Source: a virus. From it: DNA of 64,000 bases. Location of the stretch: IMG/VR virus record IMGVR_UViG_3300029908_000016, positions 1-64,000 of that record, one strand, 5' to 3'. Below are positions 1 to 8,853 of the stretch, one piece after another; position 1 is the first letter of the stretch; the number at the start of each line of letters is the position of its first letter. The notes below the pieces were generated by a model, which was given only the letters and a program-made list of their open reading frames with translations, ran no database searches and was not told the origin of the DNA. The position numbers and the translations under genes were made by a program.

Positions 1-1
1 T

Positions 2-145
2 TGGGGAAATAGCCAAGTAACAGCTAGGGAAAATAGCCAAGTAACAGCTAGGGAAAATAGCCAAGTAACAGCTTGGGAAAATAGCCAAGTAACAGCTTGG
101 GAAAATAGCCAAGTAACAGCTTGGGGAAATAGCCAAGTAACAGCT
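2..145 (+). repeat. 24-bp coding tandem repeat, 6 copies visible
   Basis: Unit (T/A)GGG(A/G)AAATAGCCAAGTAACAGCT repeated head to tail; may continue beyond the window start. Confidence 0.95.
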
Positions 146-670
146 TATAATTATGTTTCAGTTAGAATTGAATCACCTAATGTAGTAGGTATAATATTTG
201 GATTTGTATGTGTATTGGTTTATATGAGAGCAAAGATTACACTCAATACCGCAACCGCTAAAATAGTTGAAATTGATAGACCACTACCTAAATGGACAAC
301 TGCTGAGTATCTGGAGAAATTTGCTATAAAAAATAATAACCACAAAGTTGTTTTGTATAAAAAAGTTTCAAAAGATTTCAAGACACAAGAAAATACAAGA
401 AACGAAACACATTGGGAAATTGGTAAAACATTAGACCATCCAAATTGGAGTCCTTCTACTCAAGAATGTGGAGAAGGTAAGTTTCATGCTTGCAGTTACC
501 CCTATTTTTGTGATGAATTCAGGAATTTACCAAATGATAGATATGTAGCTATTGAGATAGATATTCAGGATTTATATTCCTGGCCAAATCCTAGTTACCC
601 CACAAAAATTGCATTTCGTAAGGGCACAGTGCTCTATGAATGTGATAAGTATGGAAATAAAAAACAATAG
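2..670 (+). CDS. 5'-truncated phage protein with 8-aa repeats ((W/R)(E/G)NSQVTA) and a conserved C-terminal domain
   Basis: Frame of ORF 215..670 is open back to position 2, giving WGNSQVTARENSQVTA...; C-terminal ECGEGKFHAC...KIAFRKG resembles a common phage domain. Confidence 0.75.
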   Translation, partial: WGNSQVTARENSQVTARENSQVTAWENSQVTAWENSQVTAWGNSQVTAYNYVSVRIESPNVVGIIFGFVCVLVYMRAKITLNTATAKIVEIDRPLPKWTTAEYLEKFAIKNNNHKVVLYKKVSKDFKTQENTRNETHWEIGKTLDHPNWSPSTQECGEGKFHACSYPYFCDEFRNLPNDRYVAIEIDIQDLYSWPNPSYPTKIAFRKGTVLYECDKYGNKKQ

Positions 671-863
671 ATATATGGCAAATAAAAATCAAGCAAATAT
701 CAATCTGGCTAATCGTAAAGCGTTAAAGACGATTGGAAAACCCATCGATTCAAAATATGGTTCACCTACAAATTTACGCAAGCGGGGTCCAAAAGTTTAT
801 GGTAAAAATAAACTAGGCTCACGTAACGATCACTCAACATAACCAACTGTTAAATTAACTTTA

Positions 864-948
864 GCGAGTATGATGGAATGGCAGACATACGGGACTTAAA
901 ATCCCGAGGGAAGAGATTCCCGTGAGAGTTCGAATCTCTCTACTCGTA
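864..948 (+). tRNA. tRNA-Leu(UAA)
   Basis: Acceptor GCGAGTA/TACTCGT, anticodon arm CGGGA-CTTAAAA-TCCCG, long variable arm, T arm GAGAG-TTCGAAT-CTCTC; no encoded CCA. Confidence 0.93.
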
Positions 949-1202
949 AAGTTATAGTCGATATGAAAAAATAACATAACTTATGAAATGGATTATTAAA
1001 CGGCATTTAGCATATCAATTCCATCCTGTGTTCTTTAGGTTTGAGGGTACAGAAGAAGACGTTAAACAGGTTATAGCACACAGAGACAGAGACCCTTGGT
1101 TCGCAGGGAATGAAAAAACGGAACATACCTATATCTCATTAGATGCTTGGTATAACAAACTTCAAGAAGCAAAAATAAAGTTATAGTCAATATGAAAAAA
1201 TA
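947..1202 (+). repeat. 27-bp direct repeat (947-973 and 1176-1202) flanking ORF 983..1186
   Basis: TAAAGTTATAGTC(G/A)ATATGAAAAAATA, one mismatch. Confidence 0.9.
983..1186 (+). CDS. hypothetical protein, 67 aa
   Basis: ORF with AACTTATG start context, in a co-oriented small-gene array. Confidence 0.7.
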   Translation: MKWIIKRHLAYQFHPVFFRFEGTEEDVKQVIAHRDRDPWFAGNEKTEHTYISLDAWYNKLQEAKIKL

Positions 1203-1362
1203 TAAATCCACCAGTATTGAGTATAGTTACTTTATTTATGCCCCAGATGGTAAAACAATTATTGGTGACGTTTTTATAGGAATTTATAAAAGACATAAAC
1301 AAAAAAAAACAATAATGAACCAAGAGATTAAGAAGAAGTCTCGTATTGTAATACATCTATGA
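1192..1362 (+). CDS. hypothetical protein, 56 aa (MKKYKSTSIEYSYFIY...)
   Basis: Translated manually; its stop overlaps the ATG of 1359..1574 (ATGA). Confidence 0.55.
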   Translation: MKKYKSTSIEYSYFIYAPDGKTIIGDVFIGIYKRHKQKKTIMNQEIKKKSRIVIHL

Positions 1363-1574
1363 TCACTCACATTATCACTAATAAACCAACTACAACATTC
1401 AAAGATTTAAACCAGAGGGATTTGTTTATTTATAATAGCATACTGTATGTAAAAATGGATATTGCTGAGTTTAACGCATTCTCCATTACACATCTTGAGT
1501 TCACGAGTATAAATGATGATAATGAAATAACAAAAGTTAAAATATCCAAAGATATTGAATTGGAAGAAATATGA
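1359..1574 (+). CDS. hypothetical protein
   Basis: ORF track; coupled to neighbours. Confidence 0.65.
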   Translation: MITHIITNKPTTTFKDLNQRDLFIYNSILYVKMDIAEFNAFSITHLEFTSINDDNEITKVKISKDIELEEI

Positions 1575-1722
1575 GTAACGATATTGTTGGATTAACAATT
1601 CTTGTCTTGTCATTAATTGGTATTTTAATTTTATTCTTATCTTTCGTATTGGAAACTATTAAAACTCGAAAACAAGATATTAACGATAACAATAAAAATA
1701 CTAGCAAACCGAAAGGAGTCTT

Positions 1723-2160
1723 TTGATTCTACAACTATTGTTTCATTGGATAGGCGACTATTTACTACAAAGTGATTGGATGGCTTTAAACAAAACAAAA
1801 AAAGATATTCCATGTTATATCCATTGTTTTTTATACACTCTACCATTTTGGTTACTTACCAGTGAAGGATGGAATACTTGGCTATTGGGAAGTCTATCAT
1901 TTATATTTTGGAGCCATTTTATAATTGATAGGTTTAGTCTGGTAAAGTATTTGATTTACTTCAAAAATCACATAAATCCAAGTTTCAGTTATAAACCTTG
2001 GAAATACTGTAATACAACCGGTTACTTCGACAATCTAAAACAATTACCGATTATTGGGTATGCCGACATACGACCAGGTTATATAACTATATGGCTGTAT
2101 ATCATTACTGATAATGGGTTACATCTGATCTGCAATTATCTCGCATTAAAATATCTATGA
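1723..2160 (+). CDS. DUF3307-like membrane protein
   Basis: HWIGDYLLQSDWMA.NK, HCFLY, SHFIID and DNGLH motifs. Confidence 0.75.
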   Translation: MILQLLFHWIGDYLLQSDWMALNKTKKDIPCYIHCFLYTLPFWLLTSEGWNTWLLGSLSFIFWSHFIIDRFSLVKYLIYFKNHINPSFSYKPWKYCNTTGYFDNLKQLPIIGYADIRPGYITIWLYIITDNGLHLICNYLALKYL

Positions 2161-3302
2161 CTGCAAGATATGCACCAGTAATCGACTTAGACTTATGAAC
2201 GTTAGAATAAACTGGGGCAAAGTATAGTAAAATCATGAAAAAGAATATATTTGAAGCATATTGCTATATTACAGATGGAGAAACACAACCTAAAGCGGTA
2301 AGATTTACAGTTGAAGAGCTTGTGCACCATAACTGTCCACTCCATTCTATATATTCATGTTTAGTCACAGTGAAATCAAATAAGAAACTGCTTAGTGAAA
2401 AACCAGGTTTCAAATACGACGAATGGATTAATACTGTACCACTTATAACGTTGGAGTAGTTGTTAGTTCCAGTTGGCGAGTCAATCCAGTCAAATGGAAT
2501 GCTCTTTTAGCAGAATGTAAGCTATTACAATTTCTAGTAATGGATTGGAGAACAGCCATAAAATTTTATAATGTGTGACATGTGGAATGGACTATCCGGT
2601 AAAAGTATGGAAACAATGATTAACTGGGGGAGATATAACAAAAAAGTATATATAGAATAAAATTATGATTATTGAAGATATAAAAAAATTAATTAACGAG
2701 CTTAAAAAAGAAGAAGATCTAAAAAATATTCAAGCAGATTTCACTACGCATTTTCAGATTTATCAAAGAGATATTCAAGAATTCTTGGATACACAATTTA
2801 AGAATAGTTCACAAACAGAAGAAGAATTAAATGAATTAAAGGAATTTATTCACAATCAACTCACCATGAATTTGTTTAATGATCTGTTTGCTACTAATTG
2901 TGACGATCAAAGACTATGTGTAGTAGAGGACAATGATTAACTTATGAAATGGACAAACGCAAAAGTATTGATGTTGGTATTGTATGTTGAATGGTTAAAT
3001 TTTTTGATAGGTAATTTAATATTCAATCCTTATTGTCAAGATCAAAATAGTTTTTGGAGTAACCTTTTATTTTTTACGGAAATAACTTTCGTCATGAATT
3101 TAGGGTCAATATTTATATGGATAATTGAAAACTGGAATAAATCTGAATAATCAAATGAACGAAAAAGACGCATACACAGTTAAAATAAACGCATTACAAG
3201 ATATTGAAGAAGCATTATCTGATTATTTTCAAGCTTGTGCAATATTGGATATTGCTACTCCTGCCATGTGTGAGGAATTGACCGAAGTTTTGTAAATAAC
3301 TT

Positions 3303-4181
3303 ATGAAAACATTAACTATTGAGCGTACCAACGATGAGCCACCTCACTTCGTATCCACAAAAAAGTTTGAAATGAATGATAGATGCTACTTATCAGATGG
3401 AACGGTAGCTTATTTTATGGCTTACTTGGGTGATGGTGATGAATGCTTAGTCTCCATCATTTGCTGTAACGAGAATTACACTACTTACGAACCAAATTTT
3501 AAAGACGTTTATATTAAAGTAGCTCGTGTGTTTTCAAGCCCTCCTGAATATGAAATGGTGAAAGAGATTACTGAGGCTAAAAAAGAGCTTGAACAACTTC
3601 TGGAGAAACAAAGTAAAGCCCGCCAATCATTAATTGAGATAGAACAATCTTGCCAAGATCGACGTAAAGCGTTGGCTAAATGGGATGGTTTTCAACTTCT
3701 TGAAGCTTTTCTTGAAAAAAGAATTACCCATCTGGTTTTCGTTAATTATTCTACTGTTAAGATTATGACATTTGAGGAGGGAATGGCTTATCGGAATGAT
3801 TTTGGAAGAACAAAGGGGATAAAGCTACTTTCTCTTTTTGGAAAATCCGATGGTTGCCTTGAATGGCAGTTAAATGAATATTATGACGGTTCAGGTAGTC
3901 ACATTCAAGTATACCCTGCACGATCTTTGGAAGAAGCTATAGAGCAATGTAGAAAGTTTTTTTATGAGCATATGGATGAAGCTTTAGCGGATACCAATAA
4001 AACATATCTCGTTAATAACTGGCTACCAATGGCAAAAGCTTACGGGTTTAATATTCCTGAAGAATTGTTAAAGCGTGATAAAGAATTAAAAATTAAAAAT
4101 GCTACAGAAAATCTGGACAAAGCTAAAAAAGATTTAGCAACAAAAGAAGCTGCACTACTAGAAATTCAAAACAGTCTATAA
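3303..4181 (+). CDS. hypothetical protein with coiled coils
   Basis: 292-aa ORF with AACTTATG start. Confidence 0.75.
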   Translation: MKTLTIERTNDEPPHFVSTKKFEMNDRCYLSDGTVAYFMAYLGDGDECLVSIICCNENYTTYEPNFKDVYIKVARVFSSPPEYEMVKEITEAKKELEQLLEKQSKARQSLIEIEQSCQDRRKALAKWDGFQLLEAFLEKRITHLVFVNYSTVKIMTFEEGMAYRNDFGRTKGIKLLSLFGKSDGCLEWQLNEYYDGSGSHIQVYPARSLEEAIEQCRKFFYEHMDEALADTNKTYLVNNWLPMAKAYGFNIPEELLKRDKELKIKNATENLDKAKKDLATKEAALLEIQNSL

Positions 4182-4193
4182 CTAAAAAAAATT

Positions 4194-4661
4194 ATGAAAC
4201 TTGGACAAAAAACAACAGAATTACTAACAGGATTAACTGTTACACCTATCGTACTGTATGTACTAAGTAAAGATGGGTTAAATCGACGAATTAATTGTCA
4301 GCCTCATGGAATCAATCCAAAAACAGGAGAACCGGTTGAAACAATCTGGACGTGTGACGAACATTTAAAAGATGGTCCAATTGAGGGAGACCTACCTTTT
4401 CATTTAATTGGAGAATGCGCAGAAGATGAAGCAACAGGGTTTAATGGAAGAATTAGCGAAATTTGTCTGCATATCAATGGTTGTGTGCATGTAGTAATTA
4501 CACCAAAAGGAGTTGCAGAAAATGGTAATGCAATTCGAAGTATCAATTTTGATATTCGCCGTGTAAAGGGAAAGAATATTCCAAAGTTTAACGCACAAGA
4601 ATTAAATAAAAGTATCAAGGAAAAACCTTCTCCTACTTCATGTAGCCGCCCAAATAGATAA
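4194..4661 (+). CDS. hypothetical phage protein
   Basis: 155-aa ORF; ATGFNGRISEICLHINGC motif is familiar from phage hypotheticals. Confidence 0.7.
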   Translation: MKLGQKTTELLTGLTVTPIVLYVLSKDGLNRRINCQPHGINPKTGEPVETIWTCDEHLKDGPIEGDLPFHLIGECAEDEATGFNGRISEICLHINGCVHVVITPKGVAENGNAIRSINFDIRRVKGKNIPKFNAQELNKSIKEKPSPTSCSRPNR

Positions 4662-4672
4662 TATTTATAAAT

Positions 4673-4696
4673 AAAAATGGTTCGATCCCATTTTTT
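4673..4696 (+). terminator. intrinsic terminator closing the first small-gene island
   Basis: AAAAATGG-TTCGATC-CCATTTTTT. Confidence 0.75.
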
Positions 4697-4967
4697 ACTT
4701 TATTATAAGTTATGTTGTTTGATGTACCTTGGAAGGATATGGTTGCCTATCATTACGAACAATGTTCCAAGAATATTTCAATCGTGCGTTATTACTTTTT
4801 TATTGAGAGCAATCAAGAATTAAAGAATTGTTATAAACTTGTCATGCACTCGGTAGTCAATCAACATGAAAATTATCTAAAAAAAGAAGCTAGAGACAAG
4901 GGACTAGATTATGATAAACTGGATTTTGGCTGGATCGCTCAGCTTCATTCAAAAATAGATTTATTAA

Positions 4968-5789
4968 ATGACAATTTTACAAGTAGATAAATTAAAGCTA
5001 TACCTTCAAAAAACAGCAGACCTAGCTTTACCATTAGCTGCTTTGGAAGCTACACCATTTCATTCGGCTTCTACGCCCCCTACAACGAATTATAATGATA
5101 ATACAGCAAGTTCATTCGCAGCCAATGTAGGAGCTTCAGGAGGAGTATCAGCATTACAAAATGCTACAACACCATTTGCTAAGCCTTCAATGTGGAAAAG
5201 CCTTGTTTCCTCTCCTTTAATATCTCCTTCAGGTATTGGTGCTGCTCTGACAAATGTAGCAAAAGGAGGCTTACAAGGAATAGGATACGGAGCAATATCT
5301 CATGGTCTACCAATTATTGAAAATGGATTGGAAAGCTCCGTTGGTTATACACCGAGTAATAATGTATTGAGTAATGCTTATTCAGGTATTCCACAAAAAG
5401 ATGTATCTTCCTTATATTTGGATCATGCTCCCGATCAACAACCTGGATCGCCTACTCGTACATGGGGAAACTGGTTAGACCAAAGTATGACAAGTGGAGG
5501 AGGGATCAAAAATACGGTTAATGATGCAGCAGCAGGCTCAGTATGGGGAGGATTAGGGTCTGTATTAAATTCTATTCCAAATGCTTTATCGAATATCTAT
5601 TCAGCTGGTAAAGGTGTAGCTGATTTGATGAGTGTCAATTCTCCAAAAAATCAGATAAGTCGTTACATGCAAAGAATGGAAAACGATGAGACAGAACGAG
5701 AAGCAAGTCAAAATGCTCCTCAAGTCAAACAAAGCGAATTCCAGAATTTAAAAAATCGAATTCGCTCAAATTTAAAAACAAGAAATTAA
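4968..5789 (+). CDS. putative virion/internal protein (Gly/Ser/Ala/Asn-rich)
   Basis: Low-complexity composition with glycine-zipper-like segments. Confidence 0.55.
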   Translation: MTILQVDKLKLYLQKTADLALPLAALEATPFHSASTPPTTNYNDNTASSFAANVGASGGVSALQNATTPFAKPSMWKSLVSSPLISPSGIGAALTNVAKGGLQGIGYGAISHGLPIIENGLESSVGYTPSNNVLSNAYSGIPQKDVSSLYLDHAPDQQPGSPTRTWGNWLDQSMTSGGGIKNTVNDAAAGSVWGGLGSVLNSIPNALSNIYSAGKGVADLMSVNSPKNQISRYMQRMENDETEREASQNAPQVKQSEFQNLKNRIRSNLKTRN

Positions 5790-5790
5790 T

Positions 5791-5824
5791 CCCCTCTGTA
5801 GGGTGGATTAAAATTTGGTATAAT
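5791..5824 (+). promoter_or_regulatory. island-start promoter motif, copy 1
   Basis: CCCCTCTG 5791-5798 ... TTGGTATAAT with TATAAT at 5819-5824. Confidence 0.85.
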
Positions 5825-5829
5825 CTTTT

Positions 5830-5970
5830 ATGATAAACTTTTTAATCTTTGCAAATATATTTATGTTGGTAGCAAATACATTATGCCTTTGCTTATACGG
5901 TCAGCCTATATCTATCATCGGAATACTCTTTCCTCTTATGGGGTTAATATGTCTTGCTATAACGACATAG
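5830..5970 (+). CDS. 46-aa membrane peptide MINFLIFANIFMLVANTLCLCLYGQPISIIGILFPLMGLICLAITT
   Basis: Translated manually; ATG 5 nt after TATAAT; two hydrophobic segments. Confidence 0.65.
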   Translation: MINFLIFANIFMLVANTLCLCLYGQPISIIGILFPLMGLICLAITT

Positions 5971-5981
5971 CTATTAATATC

Positions 5982-6015
5982 AAGAGGTTCAATCCCTCTT
6001 TTTTTAGCTATCGGA
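5982..6015 (+). terminator. island-end motif, copy 1
   Basis: AAGAGG-TTCAATC-CCTCTT-TTTTTAGCTATCGGA. Confidence 0.85.
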
Positions 6016-6043
6016 AGTTAGTATATCTTGATAACATTGGTGT

Positions 6044-7147
6044 ATGAATTTACGATATTTGCTAAAAAAGAATTTATTGCATAAGGTTGGATTTGATTTT
6101 GAGGATTTTAATGATAAAGGTCAAGTCACTGCACATTCACAGGGGTATAACGAAATGTTTAATCCTCCCCCTACCCCTGCCCCAACTGCTCCAACTCAAA
6201 CAATGGGTGATCCTCATGATACAGAAAAATATGGTCCTCGCTTAAGTGGAACAAAAGGTTATTTAGACATTAATGGTATACCCTTCAATGATTTACCATC
6301 TGGTCAAGCCGGAAAAATGATTCCCGGTACGGTGACCTCTCCTTTTAGTTCTACAAATCTAAATACTTTAAATAATGAAAGTAATAAAGCGCAGGCTGAT
6401 ATGAATCAGCAAGTAGCTAATACAAATTTTGATAAATCACACCCAGGTATTCAATCCATTCCTGAATATAAAGATATAAGTTCTCCTGGCAATTTAACAA
6501 CTAGTAATCCAAGTACTACACCTACACAAGTAGCTTCTAATTTACCAGTGACTAATCCTCCTGCTCCAACTCAAACAATGGGTTCTCCCCCTCCTTCAGG
6601 TGGGGGAATGAAATCACCATCTGTCGGTGCTCCTGCAGCAGGTACGGTTTCGGCATCTGGTAAACCAATCAGTAAAACATCGGAATTGAATGAAACACAG
6701 CGTTTTGCAATCGGATTCATCAAATCAGCAATTGATAATGGGTTAAATGAAAATCAAGCTATTCATTTGTTACATAAAATATCAAATGTAAGCCCAATGC
6801 CTGGGGCATCAAATATGCTTGGTAATGCTGTAAATAAAATGAAAAACATTGCTCCAGGATTACAATATACTCCAAAACCTCAGAATACTCCGAATAATGT
6901 ACAGGGTAATATCTCTTCAATGGCGCAGGCTGCTCCTCCAATCGCCAAACCCGTACAGCCAATTCCAAGTCTAGCTACTAATCCAGGACAACAGGATTTA
7001 CAGCAATTTGAACAACAACAAAGAACAAAGATTAATCCTAATATTACTCCCCTAATTAATAATCAAGTTGACCAACAATTAACTAATTTACCTCCTTTAC
7101 AAGCTCAAGAGTTGATTAGATATTTACAAAGTAAGCAAATGCAGTAG
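6044..7147 (+). CDS. putative virion/internal protein (Pro/Gln/Asn-rich)
   Basis: 367-aa low-complexity ORF. Confidence 0.55.
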   Translation: MNLRYLLKKNLLHKVGFDFEDFNDKGQVTAHSQGYNEMFNPPPTPAPTAPTQTMGDPHDTEKYGPRLSGTKGYLDINGIPFNDLPSGQAGKMIPGTVTSPFSSTNLNTLNNESNKAQADMNQQVANTNFDKSHPGIQSIPEYKDISSPGNLTTSNPSTTPTQVASNLPVTNPPAPTQTMGSPPPSGGGMKSPSVGAPAAGTVSASGKPISKTSELNETQRFAIGFIKSAIDNGLNENQAIHLLHKISNVSPMPGASNMLGNAVNKMKNIAPGLQYTPKPQNTPNNVQGNISSMAQAAPPIAKPVQPIPSLATNPGQQDLQQFEQQQRTKINPNITPLINNQVDQQLTNLPPLQAQELIRYLQSKQMQ

Positions 7148-7372
7148 ATTATAATTACATGATCATCCAATTCAAAGACTTGGAAAATAATGTTACTTAT
7201 TTAAGAATCGTTGAAGGTTATACACAATCGTTAATTAGTAAGCATGCTCACGCTTATTATAAAAAACAGTATAATGAAAATAAAGTTGATAATTTATCAA
7301 TTATTGAATTTGCTATTCGGCAGCAAATGATGGTTTTACTTACCGATGAGGAAGTCGAAGAATTAAAAGCTA

Positions 7373-8137
7373 ATGAAAAAACGTTCGAAAAATCTGGAAA
7401 ATAAAGCTGACAAAACATTAAGAGTTTATCAACGAGAAAAAATTGGCTTCGAATTAAAAATTGCTCAACCAAACTGGACGGAAAAACAATTAAGATATAT
7501 TGATATCATCAAGGACAAGAATACAAAAATCGTTCTTAACACTGGTCCTGCTGGTTCATCGAAAACTTTTTGTCCTGTAGCTGTAGGGCTGGATTTATTA
7601 AATACTGGCAGAGTAAAAGAATTTATTTATGTTCGATCCGTTGTGGAGTCATCAGGTACAGGCTTAGGTTATTTACCAGGTGAAATATCTTCCAAAATGG
7701 CTCCCTACGCCGAACCATTTCTGGACAAAGCTCGTCAATTATTACCTAGAGAACAGATTGATGAATTGATTAAAGATAAACGAATACAATTTATACCTGT
7801 AAATTTCTTAAGGGGTAGAGAATATAATGCAGCATTTGTGTTGATTGACGAAGCCCAAAATTTTAGTGAAAGTGAGTTGGCTACTATTTTAACTCGCTAT
7901 GGTACCGCTTCCAAAATGGTTATATGTGGGGATTATCTACAATCCGATTTGGAAAACTATCGTAAAGTGCCAAGCGGCTTTCGTCCTGTCTTTGATTTAT
8001 TTAATACTGAAGAATATGTGGCACACGGCATTCGATGCTTTGAGTTCGGCATTGAAGACATTAAAAGAGATCCAGTTATTGGTATAATTGTCGAAGCTTT
8101 CAAAAAACATAAATCCTCGCTCGCCAAACCTAAGTAA
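7373..8137 (+). CDS. phoH: PhoH family ATPase
   Basis: GPAGSSKT, LGYLPG, FLRGR, IDEAQN and GDYLQSD motifs. Confidence 0.93.
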   Translation: MKKRSKNLENKADKTLRVYQREKIGFELKIAQPNWTEKQLRYIDIIKDKNTKIVLNTGPAGSSKTFCPVAVGLDLLNTGRVKEFIYVRSVVESSGTGLGYLPGEISSKMAPYAEPFLDKARQLLPREQIDELIKDKRIQFIPVNFLRGREYNAAFVLIDEAQNFSESELATILTRYGTASKMVICGDYLQSDLENYRKVPSGFRPVFDLFNTEEYVAHGIRCFEFGIEDIKRDPVIGIIVEAFKKHKSSLAKPK

Positions 8138-8157
8138 ACTACTTAATATAGATATAT

Positions 8158-8850
8158 ATGGTTGCTGAAATAATCTCCGGTTTGATTCAAGGATTGTATG
8201 CTATTATCGATAGCATCATCAATTCAGGTCGTGCGAAAGAAACGGTCAAAGAACATATCGTTAAAAACGAATTTATTCATCAAAGGCTAGTAAATCTTTT
8301 ACATGATATTGAGGCTGATCGACTTAGCATTCGTCAATACCACAATGGAGGATATTATTATTCCGGCTTACCTTTGCAAAAGTATTCGTGTACTTACGAG
8401 GTTGTCACAGAAGGTATTTCCGCAGAATTACCAAATAATCAAAATAAATTAGTTTCCGAAACACCTACACTGCATTCTGCGATTATTAGAGAAAAAGAAT
8501 ATATTATTGAGAATGTTGATAATGTTACAGACATTACCTTTAAACAAAAATTACAAAATCGTGGAGTAAAAAGCTTCTATGCTCAAGGTATCTGGGATCT
8601 ACAAGATAATTTAATTGGTCTGTTATGTGTTGATTATGTGATTGATGAACATACGATTACTGAAGATGAGAGAATAGAATTGGATAATTTTACAAAATTA
8701 GTATCCGGTTATTTGGTGGCTTCTCCGTCCAAGCAACCAAAAAGTTTAGTAGTTACGGTAATGATATTTTCCATAGCTTTAACAATACTATTAAGTCAAA
8801 TCGCCTTTCTGATTTCAAGTATTTATAATTTACTTAAATTTTGGTTATAA
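8158..8850 (+). CDS. GAF-domain membrane protein (possible holin-like)
   Basis: ADR.SIRQYHNG...SCTYEVV...GLLCVDY GAF pattern, with C-terminal hydrophobic helix. Confidence 0.6.
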   Translation: MVAEIISGLIQGLYAIIDSIINSGRAKETVKEHIVKNEFIHQRLVNLLHDIEADRLSIRQYHNGGYYYSGLPLQKYSCTYEVVTEGISAELPNNQNKLVSETPTLHSAIIREKEYIIENVDNVTDITFKQKLQNRGVKSFYAQGIWDLQDNLIGLLCVDYVIDEHTITEDERIELDNFTKLVSGYLVASPSKQPKSLVVTVMIFSIALTILLSQIAFLISSIYNLLKFWL

Positions 8851-8853
8851 TCT

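Noticed and set aside
2-145. CRISPR-like array
   Set aside because: Units are contiguous with no spacers and translate in frame as a protein repeat
4673-6000. GG-TTC-N4-CC hairpins as tRNA genes
   Set aside because: They resemble T arms but lack acceptor, D and anticodon arms and are followed by U-tracts; called as terminators
6024-6033. pC194/phiX-type nick site TATCTTGATA next to an island end
   Set aside because: The same word occurs inside a coding region near 44505 and is absent from the other island ends; likely chance in AT-rich DNA
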